Shown here piece after piece: positions 19,263 through 28,410 of a DNA stretch of 64,000 nt. The position numbers and the translations under genes are program-made. Location of the stretch: NCBI RefSeq assembly GCF_014384885.1, contig NZ_JACRST010000001.1, positions 397,985 to 461,984 on the forward strand, given 5' to 3'. This DNA is from Ligaoa zhengdingensis. Lineage in GTDB: Bacteria > Bacillota > Clostridia > Oscillospirales > Ruminococcaceae. The notes below the pieces were generated by a model. The model saw only the letters and a program-made list of their open reading frames with translations. It did no database searches and had not been told where the DNA came from. The stretch's first letter is position 1. Every line of letters starts with the position of its first letter.

Positions 19263-20636
19263 ATGTTAAAACTCACGCCCCGGACGGCGCGATGGCTGAT
19301 CATCGGTGGATCGGCTGCTGTTGCACTGACCGTCGCGCTTGTTTTCCTGTTCACAGCTTTTTCCCAACCGGAAAGTTCCGAAGAATCGCGCTCCCCTTCC
19401 AGCAGCAGCTCCCTTTCCTCTGAGGAATCTTCAGAGTCGAGCAGCACATCCTCTTCAGAGTCAGAAAGCTCGTCCTCCAGCGAAAGCTCGAGTTCGTCGT
19501 CTTCTTCATCCTCTTCGTCCTCTTCCTCCAGTTCGTCGTCCTCCAGCTCAAAGGCTCCGGAATCAAGCGCCTCCGAAGCCACCCCAGTAAAACCGACCTC
19601 CAAACCCGGCAAATATGTGGTGGGATACTACGCCTCTTGGGCGACTGGAAGCGGCCTGCCGCCCAGTTCGATCGACGCCAGCCTGCTTACCCACCTCAAC
19701 TATGCGTTCGCGGACATCAGCTCGCAAAATAAGCTGGTGCTCGCCAATCCCACCACCGACCGCAACAACTTCAAGGGACTGCGCTCCCTCAAAGAGGCCA
19801 ATCCCCACCTGGTCACGCTCATTTCGGTGGGCGGCTGGGACTACTCCACCAACTTTTCCAGCGCTGCGTCCACCGCATCCTCCCGCGCGACCTTCGCCCA
19901 AAGCTGTGTGGACTTCATCGTGGAGCACGGGTTCGACGGCGTCGACTTGGATTGGGAATTCCCGAGCGCAAGCGACCGAAAAAACTTTACCCTGCTGCTG
20001 CGTGAAGTGCGTTCCAAGCTGGACGAGCTTTCCGCCAAAAACGGCCGCCCCTACTATCTGACCATTGCCGGGGCGCCCAACCGCAGCTTTTTGAACAACA
20101 TCGAGCCGCAGGCAGTCGCTTCCCTGGTGGATTACATCTTCCTGATGGGCTACGATATGCACGGCCCGTGGGACAACTACGCGGATCTCACCGCTCCGCT
20201 CTACCCGGCCAACGAGGATTCGCCCCACTACGCCAACAGCGTCAGCGAAGCGGTACAGCTTTATCTGAACGCCGGCGTCTCGGCCTCCAAAATCGTTCTG
20301 GGAATGCCGCTTTACGGCTACCGCTACTCCGTCTATGACGGGCGTGACGACGGGCTGTTCGGCAGTTTTTCCTCGGCAAAATCGATCGGTTTTGATCTGA
20401 TCAAGAAGAACTATCTATCCGATTCGAGCTTTGACCAATATTACCACAGCGACGCGAGAGTGCCTTATCTGTTCGATGGCGAGACCTTCATCTCGTACGA
20501 CGACGAAGATTCTGTGGCGGAGAAGGCATCTTATGCGAGATCCAAGGGCCTTGCCGGCATCGGCGCCTGGGAACTTTCTCACAATAAAAATTTCCAGCTA
20601 TTGAAAAGTGCACGACGCGCACTGCTCAATTCCTAA
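19263..20636 (+). CDS. Glycoside hydrolase family 18 chitinase with N-terminal TM anchor and Ser-rich linker
   Basis: The catalytic motif is FDGVDLDWEFP (DxxDxDxE). SIGGW lies further upstream. Confidence 0.88.
   Translation: MLKLTPRTARWLIIGGSAAVALTVALVFLFTAFSQPESSEESRSPSSSSSLSSEESSESSSTSSSESESSSSSESSSSSSSSSSSSSSSSSSSSSSKAPESSASEATPVKPTSKPGKYVVGYYASWATGSGLPPSSIDASLLTHLNYAFADISSQNKLVLANPTTDRNNFKGLRSLKEANPHLVTLISVGGWDYSTNFSSAASTASSRATFAQSCVDFIVEHGFDGVDLDWEFPSASDRKNFTLLLREVRSKLDELSAKNGRPYYLTIAGAPNRSFLNNIEPQAVASLVDYIFLMGYDMHGPWDNYADLTAPLYPANEDSPHYANSVSEAVQLYLNAGVSASKIVLGMPLYGYRYSVYDGRDDGLFGSFSSAKSIGFDLIKKNYLSDSSFDQYYHSDARVPYLFDGETFISYDDEDSVAEKASYARSKGLAGIGAWELSHNKNFQLLKSARRALLNS
19374..19553 (+). 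repeat. Coding simple-sequence tract (TCN/AGC Ser codons) encoding the ~60-residue poly-Ser linker of the chitinase
   Basis: A run of TCG/TCC/TCT/AGC codons reads SSSSSLSSEESSESSSTSSSESESSSSSESSSSSSSSSSSSSSSSSSSS. Confidence 0.9.
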
Positions 20637-20760
20637 TCGCTTTTTCTAATCGTACATACGCGTCGCGCTCAGGTCAATACTAATGGTACAGGCAGCCACT
20701 GGGCGACCTGAAATTCCGAAAGGTCGCATGGAACATGCGCTTTCGGCCTGAGGTGGTCAG

Positions 20761-20943
20761 ATGAACGATATTTTCAACAATCTAAACGATTACTTTTCCT
20801 TTGGCTTCGCAGATGTATCGGGGGCATCCTATTTCGATACGCTGCCCGATGAGGTCAAACAGGCCGTCAATGAGCACATCGACGAATTTCATTCGATGGA
20901 CGAGCTCAGGCGGTTTGCAGAAACAATGATGCGCAAGGGTTAA
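20761..20943 (+). CDS. Hypothetical small acidic protein (60 aa)
   Basis: A GAGGTGG RBS lies 4 nt upstream and the gene is followed directly by a strong terminator. No family was recognised. Confidence 0.45.
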   Translation: MNDIFNNLNDYFSFGFADVSGASYFDTLPDEVKQAVNEHIDEFHSMDELRRFAETMMRKG

Positions 20944-20945
20944 AA

Positions 20946-20988
20946 GGAGCGGCTCAGCGATATGATCTGAGCCGCTCTTTTTTATTTC
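20946..20988 (+). terminator. Rho-independent terminator
   Basis: GAGCGGCTCAG...CTGAGCCGCTC is followed by TTTTTTATTT. Confidence 0.8.
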
Positions 20989-21097
20989 AGCGGCGATAAG
21001 GCGAAAGCCTCACCGCTCTCTGCGCCCGGATATCGAGGTCATTTTTTGATGGCATCACAAATAGAGCAATTTAAAGTGGGGTATTGGGAAAAAGAAA

Positions 21098-21131
21098 AAA
21101 CGGCTTAGACGTGATATCTAAGCCGTTTTTT
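21098..21131. terminator. Bidirectional terminator immediately 3' of tRNA-Leu
   Basis: The stem CGGCTTAG/CTAAGCCG has A-run and T-run flanks on both strands. Confidence 0.7.
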
Positions 21132-21217
21132 GTGGTGCGAAGGATGGGACTTGAACCCACACAGTCTTGCGACCGCTAGCACCTCAAGCTAGTGCGTCTG
21201 CCATTCCGCCACCCTCG
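21132..21217 (-). tRNA. tRNA-Leu (anticodon GAG), class II with long variable arm, CCA encoded
   Basis: The reverse complement reads GCGAGGGTGGCGGAATGGCAGACGCACTAGCTTGAGGTGCTAGCGGTCGCAAGACTGTGTGGGTTCAAGTCCCATCCTTCGCACCA. The acceptor stems pair, the anticodon loop is CTTGAGGT, and the T-arm is GGGTTCAAGTCCC. Confidence 0.88.
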
Positions 21218-21250
21218 CATTGTTGCCACACATGCTGTGCAACGTAAACT

Positions 21251-21279
21251 ATTATATCAACCGATGAAATAAATGTCAA
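21251..21279 (-). promoter_or_regulatory. Consensus σA promoter (TTGACA-N17-TATAAT) driving tRNA-Leu
   Basis: The minus strand reads AGCTTGACATTTATTTCATCGGTTGATATAATAG about 30 nt upstream of the mature tRNA 5' end. Confidence 0.7.
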
Positions 21280-21465
21280 GCTATTTTTAACCTTTTCTTC
21301 TGATTCTTCTGAAAACCTCCGTGGCAAACCGGCCGATCTTATGATATACTTAACAATAGTTTTTCTAGTACGGGTGTGATGCGCCTATTTTCCAACGCAT
21401 CTGAAAAAACAGCCCTTATTCGGGCAGAATAAACGATTGATTACACAGTGAGGAGGCAACGATCG

Positions 21466-22926
21466 ATGAACAAGGATTTATGGGACGAGTGCGAACCCCG
21501 GGCGGTGCTGGAATATTTTCAGGAGATCAGCGCCATTCCCCGTTCGTCGAGCAACGAAAAAGGGGTCGCAGACTATCTGGAGGGATTTGCACGCAAACAC
21601 AATCTCCCCTGTTACCGCGACGCACTACACAACGTAGTGATTAAAAAAGCGGGCAGCGCGGGATGCGAGCATCTGCCCGCAGTGATGCTACAGGGCCACA
21701 CCGACATGGTATGCGAAAAGAATGCGGGCACCGTGCACGATTTCTCCAAAGACCCGATTGAGCTGGAGGTGACCGACGGTTGGCTGCACGCCAAAGGAAC
21801 CACCCTGGGCGCGGACAACGGCATCGCTGTGGCGATGATGCTGGCGCTGCTCTCGGATGATTCCCTGCGCCATCCGCCGCTGGAATGCGTGTTCACTGTG
21901 CAGGAGGAGACCGGCTTGACCGGCGCGTCTGAGCTCGACGGCAGCGTACTGGACGCCCGCATGATGATCAACCTCGATTCAGAAGAGGAAGGCGTAGCGA
22001 CGGTGAGCTGCGCGGGCGGGATGCGCGTCCGGCTGTTCAAAGCGGTCGAGTGGACCGACGCATCCGGCACCTTCCCGATGGAGATTTCGATTCGCGGGCT
22101 GCTGGGCGGGCACTCCGGCGCGGACATCCACCTGGAGCACGGCAATGCGAACAAGCTGATGAGCAGGATGCTCTATGCGGTACAGCAGGCGGTTTCCACG
22201 CGCCTCTGCTCGATCCGCGGCGGCAACAAGGACAATGCGATCGCCCGGGAAAGCGACTGCGTGCTCACATTTGAAACCGCATCCGACCGCGACCGCGCGC
22301 AGAAGATCGCCGAGACGTTGGGTGCGGAGATCCGTGCGGAATTTGCCGCCGCCGAACCGGATGTCCAGATCACGGTACGGCCGGTGGACGGGTGTGCGCG
22401 CTGCATGAGCAGCCACAACACGCAGGAGCTCGCCCGCCTGCTCTATCTGGCACCCGATGGGATGCGCAAGCGCAATGTGCAAAAGGGCGGCTTCGTCGTC
22501 TGCTCGGTCAACCTCGGGGTGGTGGCCACCGGCGACGAAGAGGTGATGGTCTGCTTCTCCCCGCGCAGCTCGGTGGATTCCCTGCAACGCGACACCCGCC
22601 AGGAGCTCGAGCTGCTGGCCGAGCTGTTTGGCTGCCGCGTCGCTGTGGACGGCGAGTACCCCGGCTGGAGCTATGCTGAGGTGTCGCGCGTGCGCGACAT
22701 ATTCTGCGAAACCTACCGCGAGCTATTCCACAGCGAATTGCGCATTGAGGCGATTCATGCTGGACTGGAATGCGGCTTGTTCAGCGGCAAGCTGCCCGGA
22801 CTCGACGCGATTGCGGTGGGCCCCACCATGCGCGGAGTGCACACCCCCGACGAGGCGCTCGATCTGGCAAGCTGCGAACGCTTCTGGCGCCTGCTGACCC
22901 ATGTGCTGGAAAATCTGTCCAAATAA
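21466..22926 (+). CDS. pepD: Aminoacyl-histidine dipeptidase (PepD, M20C family)
   Basis: The N-terminus EPRAVLEYFQEISAIPRSS and the motifs GHTDMVCEK, GADNGIAVA, EETGLTGA and GGHSGADIH indicate M20. The true start is ATG 21466 after GAGGAGG. The track's GTG at 21448 lies inside the RBS. Confidence 0.85.
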   Translation: MNKDLWDECEPRAVLEYFQEISAIPRSSSNEKGVADYLEGFARKHNLPCYRDALHNVVIKKAGSAGCEHLPAVMLQGHTDMVCEKNAGTVHDFSKDPIELEVTDGWLHAKGTTLGADNGIAVAMMLALLSDDSLRHPPLECVFTVQEETGLTGASELDGSVLDARMMINLDSEEEGVATVSCAGGMRVRLFKAVEWTDASGTFPMEISIRGLLGGHSGADIHLEHGNANKLMSRMLYAVQQAVSTRLCSIRGGNKDNAIARESDCVLTFETASDRDRAQKIAETLGAEIRAEFAAAEPDVQITVRPVDGCARCMSSHNTQELARLLYLAPDGMRKRNVQKGGFVVCSVNLGVVATGDEEVMVCFSPRSSVDSLQRDTRQELELLAELFGCRVAVDGEYPGWSYAEVSRVRDIFCETYRELFHSELRIEAIHAGLECGLFSGKLPGLDAIAVGPTMRGVHTPDEALDLASCERFWRLLTHVLENLSK

Positions 22927-23107
22927 AATCTGGTTGATCTGCCGGGCTCTGTGCGGAGAACTGCCGCACGGCGCCCGGTTTTTGCATATTATGCCGCCCA
23001 TAAGGAAAGAATAAGGGAAAAGTTTCTGATTTTGTACAGGAAAATTTGACATCTATCATCGGAAACGACATCTGCAAACTTTGCTTCACATAGAAAGGGT
23101 GCGTAAT

Positions 23108-25057
23108 ATGGCAAATGACAAATCCAGCTTTAAGCCCTATATCCCCGCCGACAAAACCCTGCCGGAGTTCACCGCAACCTCGGTGATTTTGGGCATCCTG
23201 TTGGCGGTGCTGTTCGGCGCTGCCAACGCCTACCTGGGGCTTCGCGTGGGTATGACTGTCTCTGCGTCGATCCCCGCCGCGGTCATCTCGATGGGCGTTA
23301 TCCGCGTTATCATGAAAAAGGACTCGATCCTGGAAAATAACCTGGTACAGACCATCGGCTCCGCAGGCGAATCTGTGGCGGCCGGCGCGATCTTCACCCT
23401 GCCGGCTATGTTCATGTGGATGGAGGAATGGGGACGGGGCGCCCCTTCGCTGCTGGAAATCTTCCTGATCGCGCTGGTGGGCGGCCTGCTGGGCGTGCTG
23501 TTCATGATCCCCCTGCGCAAGGCGCTCATCGTGGAGGAGCACGGCACCCTGCCCTACCCCGAGGGCACCGCCTGCGCCGAAGTGCTGCTGGCCGGCGAGG
23601 AGGGCGGTGCGAAGGCCTCCACCGTATTCGCCGGGCTTGGAATCGCGGCAATTTACAAATTCATCGCGGATGGGCTGAAGCTGTTCCCCAGCGAGGTACA
23701 TCACGAAATCCGCTCCTACAAGGGCTCCGCAGTCGGCGTGGACGTGCTGCCCGCCCTGGTGGGTGTGGGCTATATCTGCGGGCCGCGCATCGCCGGTTAC
23801 ATGCTGGCGGGCGGCGTGGTGGGCTGGCTGGTGCTGATGCCGCTGCTCAGCCTGTTCGGCGGAGACGTGCTGCTGTTTCCCGGCCTCAAGCCGATCAGCG
23901 AGATGGCCTCGAGCGACATCTGGGGCAGCTACATCCGCTACATCGGTGCAGGCGCGGTGGCTGCGGGCGGTATCATGAGCCTGATCAAATCGCTGCCGCT
24001 GATCGTGCGGACGTTCGGCCACGCGCTTGGGGGACTCGCCAAAAAGGGCAGCCACACCAACAACGGCCTGCGCACCGACGACGACATCGACATGAAATAT
24101 ATTATCATCGGCATCGTCATCATCATTCTTGCGATCTGGCTGCTGCCGGTCTTCCCCGTCAATCTCTTCAGCGCCGCCATCATTGCGATTTTCGGCTTCT
24201 TCTTTGCCACCGTGTCGTCCCGTCTGGTGGGCCTAGTGGGCAGCAGCAACAACCCTGTGTCCGGTATGGCCATCGCCACCCTGCTGATTTCAACCCTGCT
24301 GCTCAAAGCCACCGGGCGGATCGGCCAGGAAGGCATGTTGGGCGCCATCGCCATCGGTTCGATCATCTGCATCGTCGCGGCGATCGCCGGCGACACCTCC
24401 CAGGACCTCAAAACCGGCTATATCCTGGGCGCTACCCCGAAGAAACAGCAGTACGGCGAGGTCATCGGCGTGTTCACCGCCGCGCTGGCCATCGGCGGCG
24501 TGCTTTACCTGCTGAACGCCGCCTGGGGCTACGGCTCCACCGATCTGCCCGCCCCACAGGCCATCCTGATGAAGATGGTGGTGGAGGGCGTGATGGGTGG
24601 CAACCTGCCCTGGACGCTGGTGGTCGCGGGCGCGGGGCTCGCGGTCGCGGTGGAGATTCTGCGCATCCCGGTGCTGCCGTTTGCGGTGGGGCTTTATCTG
24701 CCGATCCACCTCAGCGCAGGCATCATGGTGGGCGGCCTCATCCGGCTGTTCATTGAAAAGGTCAAGGGCATCTCCGAAGAGAAGCGCAAGGACGCTGTGG
24801 ACCGCGGCATCCTTTATACCTCCGGCATGATTGCGGGCGAGGGCCTGGTGGGTATCCTGCTCGCGGTGTTCGCCATCATCCCGATGGGCGTGGACGCGGC
24901 CGGGGATAAAATCTCCCTGAGCAACGTGATCGATCTCTCCTCGCGCGGCATTTCGCTGGGCACCATTGGGTCCATCGTCTTCTTTTTGCTGCTGCTCTAC
25001 ACCCTGTTGCGCGCTTCCCTTTGGCACAGAGAAAAGCCGCAGCCGTCCGGGCGGTGA
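23108..25057 (+). CDS. OPT-family oligopeptide transporter (TIGR00733-like)
   Basis: The ~650 aa polytopic membrane protein carries the conserved N-terminal FKPYIPADKTLPEFT...LGILLAVLFGAANAYLGLRVGMTVSASIPAAVISMG. It is co-located with pepD. Start taken at ATG 23108 (MANDKSS). Confidence 0.8.
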   Translation: MANDKSSFKPYIPADKTLPEFTATSVILGILLAVLFGAANAYLGLRVGMTVSASIPAAVISMGVIRVIMKKDSILENNLVQTIGSAGESVAAGAIFTLPAMFMWMEEWGRGAPSLLEIFLIALVGGLLGVLFMIPLRKALIVEEHGTLPYPEGTACAEVLLAGEEGGAKASTVFAGLGIAAIYKFIADGLKLFPSEVHHEIRSYKGSAVGVDVLPALVGVGYICGPRIAGYMLAGGVVGWLVLMPLLSLFGGDVLLFPGLKPISEMASSDIWGSYIRYIGAGAVAAGGIMSLIKSLPLIVRTFGHALGGLAKKGSHTNNGLRTDDDIDMKYIIIGIVIIILAIWLLPVFPVNLFSAAIIAIFGFFFATVSSRLVGLVGSSNNPVSGMAIATLLISTLLLKATGRIGQEGMLGAIAIGSIICIVAAIAGDTSQDLKTGYILGATPKKQQYGEVIGVFTAALAIGGVLYLLNAAWGYGSTDLPAPQAILMKMVVEGVMGGNLPWTLVVAGAGLAVAVEILRIPVLPFAVGLYLPIHLSAGIMVGGLIRLFIEKVKGISEEKRKDAVDRGILYTSGMIAGEGLVGILLAVFAIIPMGVDAAGDKISLSNVIDLSSRGISLGTIGSIVFFLLLLYTLLRASLWHREKPQPSGR

Positions 25058-25071
25058 GGAGGATTGACACT

Positions 25072-25440
25072 ATGAGCAAACGCAAAAAATCCGCCGCCAA
25101 TTACCTCGATTATATCCCGGAGCGCAACCCGGAATTTTTCTGGGAGCGCCGTCCGGAAGGGGTCGTAGTCAAGGTGCCGCACACCGGCTTTTACGACCGC
25201 CTGGCTCAGATGCTGTTCCGCAAGCCCGAGGCGAGCCGGATCACCCTCGACCGGTTTGGCAGTTTCGTCTGGGAACAGGTGGACGGCGAGCGCTCAGTCT
25301 ATGAGATCGCGCAGCTTGTCAAGCAGGAATACGGCGAAGAGGCCGAGCCGCTCTACGAGCGTATCGTCACCTATTTTGGCATCCTGCGTGACAACCGATT
25401 CATCAACTTCCAGCACGAACGGATCAAGGCCCAACACTGA
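25072..25440 (+). CDS. PqqD-like (RiPP recognition element fold) small protein, translationally coupled to the OPT transporter
   Basis: The C-terminal half RITLDRFGSFVWEQVDGERSVYEIAQLVKQEYGEEAEPLYERIVTYFGILRDNRFI matches the PqqD consensus (..E.g..IWeL.DG.rtv.EI...l...Y.v....). GAGGAGG lies 8 nt upstream of ATG 25072. The start overlaps the OPT stop region. Confidence 0.6.
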   Translation: MSKRKKSAANYLDYIPERNPEFFWERRPEGVVVKVPHTGFYDRLAQMLFRKPEASRITLDRFGSFVWEQVDGERSVYEIAQLVKQEYGEEAEPLYERIVTYFGILRDNRFINFQHERIKAQH

Positions 25441-25490
25441 ATGCTGCCCCGCCGGGAGAAAAATGCCCGGCGGGGCAGCATTATTACTAA
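25441..25490 (+). terminator. Terminator-like hairpin after the PqqD-like gene
   Basis: The stem ATGCTGCCCCGCCGGG...CCCGGCGGGGCAGCAT is 16 bp. The trailing T-run is weak (TATTACT). Confidence 0.5.
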
Positions 25491-25609
25491 GTTTCCGCAA
25501 AAGAATCGGGGCGGACTTGACAATTTCCCGGCCTCGCGTTAGAGTGAATCATAGAAAAATACTCGTCCTTTTTGACTGCGCATGTCGAATCCACAACAAG
25601 AGGTGTTTT

Positions 25610-26800
25610 ATGGAATTTAACAGACAAAATACGCGCAAGGTCCTTGGAATTGTCGCCTTTGGGGTGCTGCTCTACTGGGGGCTGCAAAACCTCTCCTCCC
25701 TCTCGGACTTTTTCCGTTTTCTGGTTGGGCTTGCCGCGCCGTTTCTGATTGGGGCGTGCATCGCGTTCATCCTGAACGTGCCGCTCCGCCTGATTGAAAG
25801 GTGGGTGCTGCGCCCCAATCCCAAATCCAAAAAGCCGCAGCTCTGGAAGGAAAAGCTGCGCCGTCCGGCCTCCATCGTGCTGACGCTGCTGGCGGTGATC
25901 GGACTGCTCGCCATCGCGATGTTTCTGATCGTACCGGAACTCGGCAACAGCCTGGCGATGCTCAAAAACAGCATCCCCGGTTTTATCAAGCAGGCCGAGC
26001 AATGGATTACAGCGATCTCAGTACGGATGCCGGAGATTGCAGGCTGGTTGACGAAGCTGGAACTGGACTGGAACCAAATCGGGCAGACGGTGCTGGGCTT
26101 TGTGCAAAACGGCGCGGGCAACCTGCTCAATTCCACCATCAGCGTGGCCGCCTCCATTTTCAGCGGCGTGTTCACCTTCTTTTTGGGATTTGTCTTTTCC
26201 ATCTATCTGCTGATGCAGAAGGAAAAGCTCGCGCGCCAATGTAAAAAGCTGCTGTATGCGTTTTTCCCGTCGACCGTGGCCGACCGCACCATCTCGATCC
26301 TCACCCTGTCCAACCGGACCTTTTCGAGCTTCCTCACCGGCCAATGCACCGAGGCGGTGATCCTGGGGATGCTGTTCTTTGCGGTCATGTCCCTGTTTCG
26401 TTTCCCCTATGCGCTGATGATCAGCGTGCTGGTTGCGGTGACCGCACTGATCCCGATCTTCGGCGCGTTTATCGGCTGCGCGGTGGGCGCGTTTGTCATC
26501 CTCATCATCAACCCGATGCAGGCGTTTTGGTTTGTGGTCATGTTTATCATCCTCCAACAGATCGAGGGCAACCTGATCTACCCGCGCGTGGTGGGGAACT
26601 CGGTGGGCCTACCGTCCCTGTGGGTGCTTGTCGCGGTGACAGTGGGAGGCAGTACAATGGGGGTCGTTGGAATGCTGATCTTCATCCCCCTGTGTTCGGT
26701 GCTGTACACCCTGCTGCGGGAAACGGTGGGAAGGCGCTTGGCACAGCGCAGGATTTCCCCGGAAAAATGGAACGGAGAGCAAACGCCGGAGGAGGAATAA
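25610..26800 (+). CDS. AI-2E family transporter (PerM/UPF0118)
   Basis: MEFNRQNTRKVLGIVAFGVLLYW begins a polytopic membrane protein with the UPF0118 core. RBS is AGAGGTG. A TTGACA-N17-TAGAGT promoter lies upstream (~25518-25546). The track start at 25256 is a spurious extension across the terminator. Confidence 0.75.
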   Translation: MEFNRQNTRKVLGIVAFGVLLYWGLQNLSSLSDFFRFLVGLAAPFLIGACIAFILNVPLRLIERWVLRPNPKSKKPQLWKEKLRRPASIVLTLLAVIGLLAIAMFLIVPELGNSLAMLKNSIPGFIKQAEQWITAISVRMPEIAGWLTKLELDWNQIGQTVLGFVQNGAGNLLNSTISVAASIFSGVFTFFLGFVFSIYLLMQKEKLARQCKKLLYAFFPSTVADRTISILTLSNRTFSSFLTGQCTEAVILGMLFFAVMSLFRFPYALMISVLVAVTALIPIFGAFIGCAVGAFVILIINPMQAFWFVVMFIILQQIEGNLIYPRVVGNSVGLPSLWVLVAVTVGGSTMGVVGMLIFIPLCSVLYTLLRETVGRRLAQRRISPEKWNGEQTPEEE

Positions 26801-26803
26801 GCG

Positions 26804-28342
26804 GTGAAAAAATTATTTCGGATGTTGTTTCAGAGGGTCGTGATCGTCGCCTTTTTCATCCTGGTTCAGGCGTTCCTGCTGGTTGCGATGATCTGGAAAT
26901 TCAACGATTACTTTGTCTACTTCTATGCGATCTGCACGGTGCTGAGCATTGTGGTGGTTCTCTATATCATCAACAGCCGCAGCAATCCGGGCTATAAGAT
27001 CGCCTGGATCGTGCCGATCCTGTTGGTGCCCATCTTCGGCGGGCTGTTCTACCTGATGTTCGGTGGCAACCGACTGGGCAAGCGGGAGCGCCGGAAGATG
27101 GCCGTGGTGGCGGAGCGAACGCGCGCTGTCAGCCAGGACGACTGCCCGGTTTTGGACAAGTTGTGCGAACTCAACCCGGAGGCGGGCAATCAGTCCCGTT
27201 ATATCAACGACTGGGCCGGCTACCCGCCCTATCAACACACCCAAACCGAATTTTTGCCCATGGGCGAGGTCAAATTCCAACGACTCGCCAAGGAGCTCAA
27301 CAAGGCCGAGCACTACATATTTCTTGAGTATTTCATCATCCAGGAGGGAAAGATGTGGAACACGATCCTGGATATCCTGGTGGAAAAGGTGAAACAGGGG
27401 GTGGATGTGCGCGTCATCTACGACGACATGGGATGTATCACCACCCTGCCCTACAAATACGACAAAAAGCTGGAATCGCTGGGAATTCGCTGCAAGGTGT
27501 TCAGCCCCTTCATTCCCGTGCTCTCCAGCCGCCTCAACAACCGCGACCACCGGAAGATCGCGGTGATCGACGGCCATACCGCTTTCACCGGCGGCATCAA
27601 CCTGGCGGACGAGTACATCAACGCCTATCCCAAGCATGGCCACTGGAAGGACTGCGGCATCATGCTCAAGGGGGACGCGGTGTGGAGCTTCACCGTGGCT
27701 TTTCTCTCGATGTGGGACTACCTGTGCGGCCTCCCTGAAAATGATTATTCCCGCTACCGCCCCACCGTCCATCAGGCAGCGCGGCCGGAAAACGACGGCT
27801 TTGTACAGCCGTTCAGCGATAGTCCGCTCGACGGCGAAGCGGTCGGCGAGACGGTCTACCTCAACCTCATCAATAAAGCAAAACAGTATCTCTATATCAG
27901 CACCCCTTATCTCATCATCGACAACGAGATGGTGACCGCCCTTTCCATCGCCGCCAAAGCCGGGGTGGACGTGCGCATCACAACACCCCATGTGGCGGAC
28001 AAATGGTTTGTCCACGCCGTCACCCGCGCCTACTACGAACAGTTGCTCGAAGCCGGGGTGAAAATTTACGAGTACACCCCCGGCTTCATCCACGCCAAGA
28101 CCTTCGTGGTGGATGACGAGTACGCGGTGGTGGGCAGCATCAACCTGGATTACCGCAGCCTCTATCTTCACTTTGAGTGCGCCGCATGGCTATACGGAAC
28201 CCAGAGCGTGCTGGCCGCGCGCGACGACTACCAAAAGACGCTGGAGTTCTGCCATCAGATCACATTGAAGGAGTGCCGCCAGGTGAAGTGGTACCGCCGG
28301 ATCGGGCGGGCGATTTTGCGCGCCTTTGCCCCGCTGATGTGA
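26804..28342 (+). CDS. cls: Cardiolipin synthase (PLD superfamily, two HKD motifs)
   Basis: Two N-terminal TM helices are followed by the HKD motifs HRKIAVIDGHTAFTGGINL and HAKTFVVDDEYAVVGSINLD. The GTG start follows GGAGGAGG. Confidence 0.9.
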   Translation: MKKLFRMLFQRVVIVAFFILVQAFLLVAMIWKFNDYFVYFYAICTVLSIVVVLYIINSRSNPGYKIAWIVPILLVPIFGGLFYLMFGGNRLGKRERRKMAVVAERTRAVSQDDCPVLDKLCELNPEAGNQSRYINDWAGYPPYQHTQTEFLPMGEVKFQRLAKELNKAEHYIFLEYFIIQEGKMWNTILDILVEKVKQGVDVRVIYDDMGCITTLPYKYDKKLESLGIRCKVFSPFIPVLSSRLNNRDHRKIAVIDGHTAFTGGINLADEYINAYPKHGHWKDCGIMLKGDAVWSFTVAFLSMWDYLCGLPENDYSRYRPTVHQAARPENDGFVQPFSDSPLDGEAVGETVYLNLINKAKQYLYISTPYLIIDNEMVTALSIAAKAGVDVRITTPHVADKWFVHAVTRAYYEQLLEAGVKIYEYTPGFIHAKTFVVDDEYAVVGSINLDYRSLYLHFECAAWLYGTQSVLAARDDYQKTLEFCHQITLKECRQVKWYRRIGRAILRAFAPLM

Positions 28343-28356
28343 TATCGGATTGCGCA

Positions 28357-28410
28357 AACCGGCCGCGAGCGAAATTGAATTCGCCCGCGGCCGGTTTTTC
28401 TTTCTATTTT
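28357..28410 (+). terminator. Rho-independent terminator after cls
   Basis: AAACCGGCCGCG...CGCGGCCGGTTT is followed by TTCTTTCTATTTTTAT. Confidence 0.75.

Noticed and set aside
19380-19560. CRISPR-like or tandem-repeat array
   Set aside because: The periodicity is 3 nt and in-frame within the chitinase CDS (a poly-Ser linker). There are no spacer/repeat structure and no cas genes.
22781-24055. The 424-aa minus-strand ORF overlapping pepD and the OPT transporter
   Set aside because: It is antisense to two well-supported genes. It has an extreme His/Arg/Gln/Ala composition typical of GC-rich antisense frames, with no RBS and no domain.
26813-28171. The 452-aa minus-strand ORF antisense to cls
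   Set aside because: It is a shadow ORF of cardiolipin synthase (two HKD motifs on the + strand). It is Asp/Val/His-rich low complexity.
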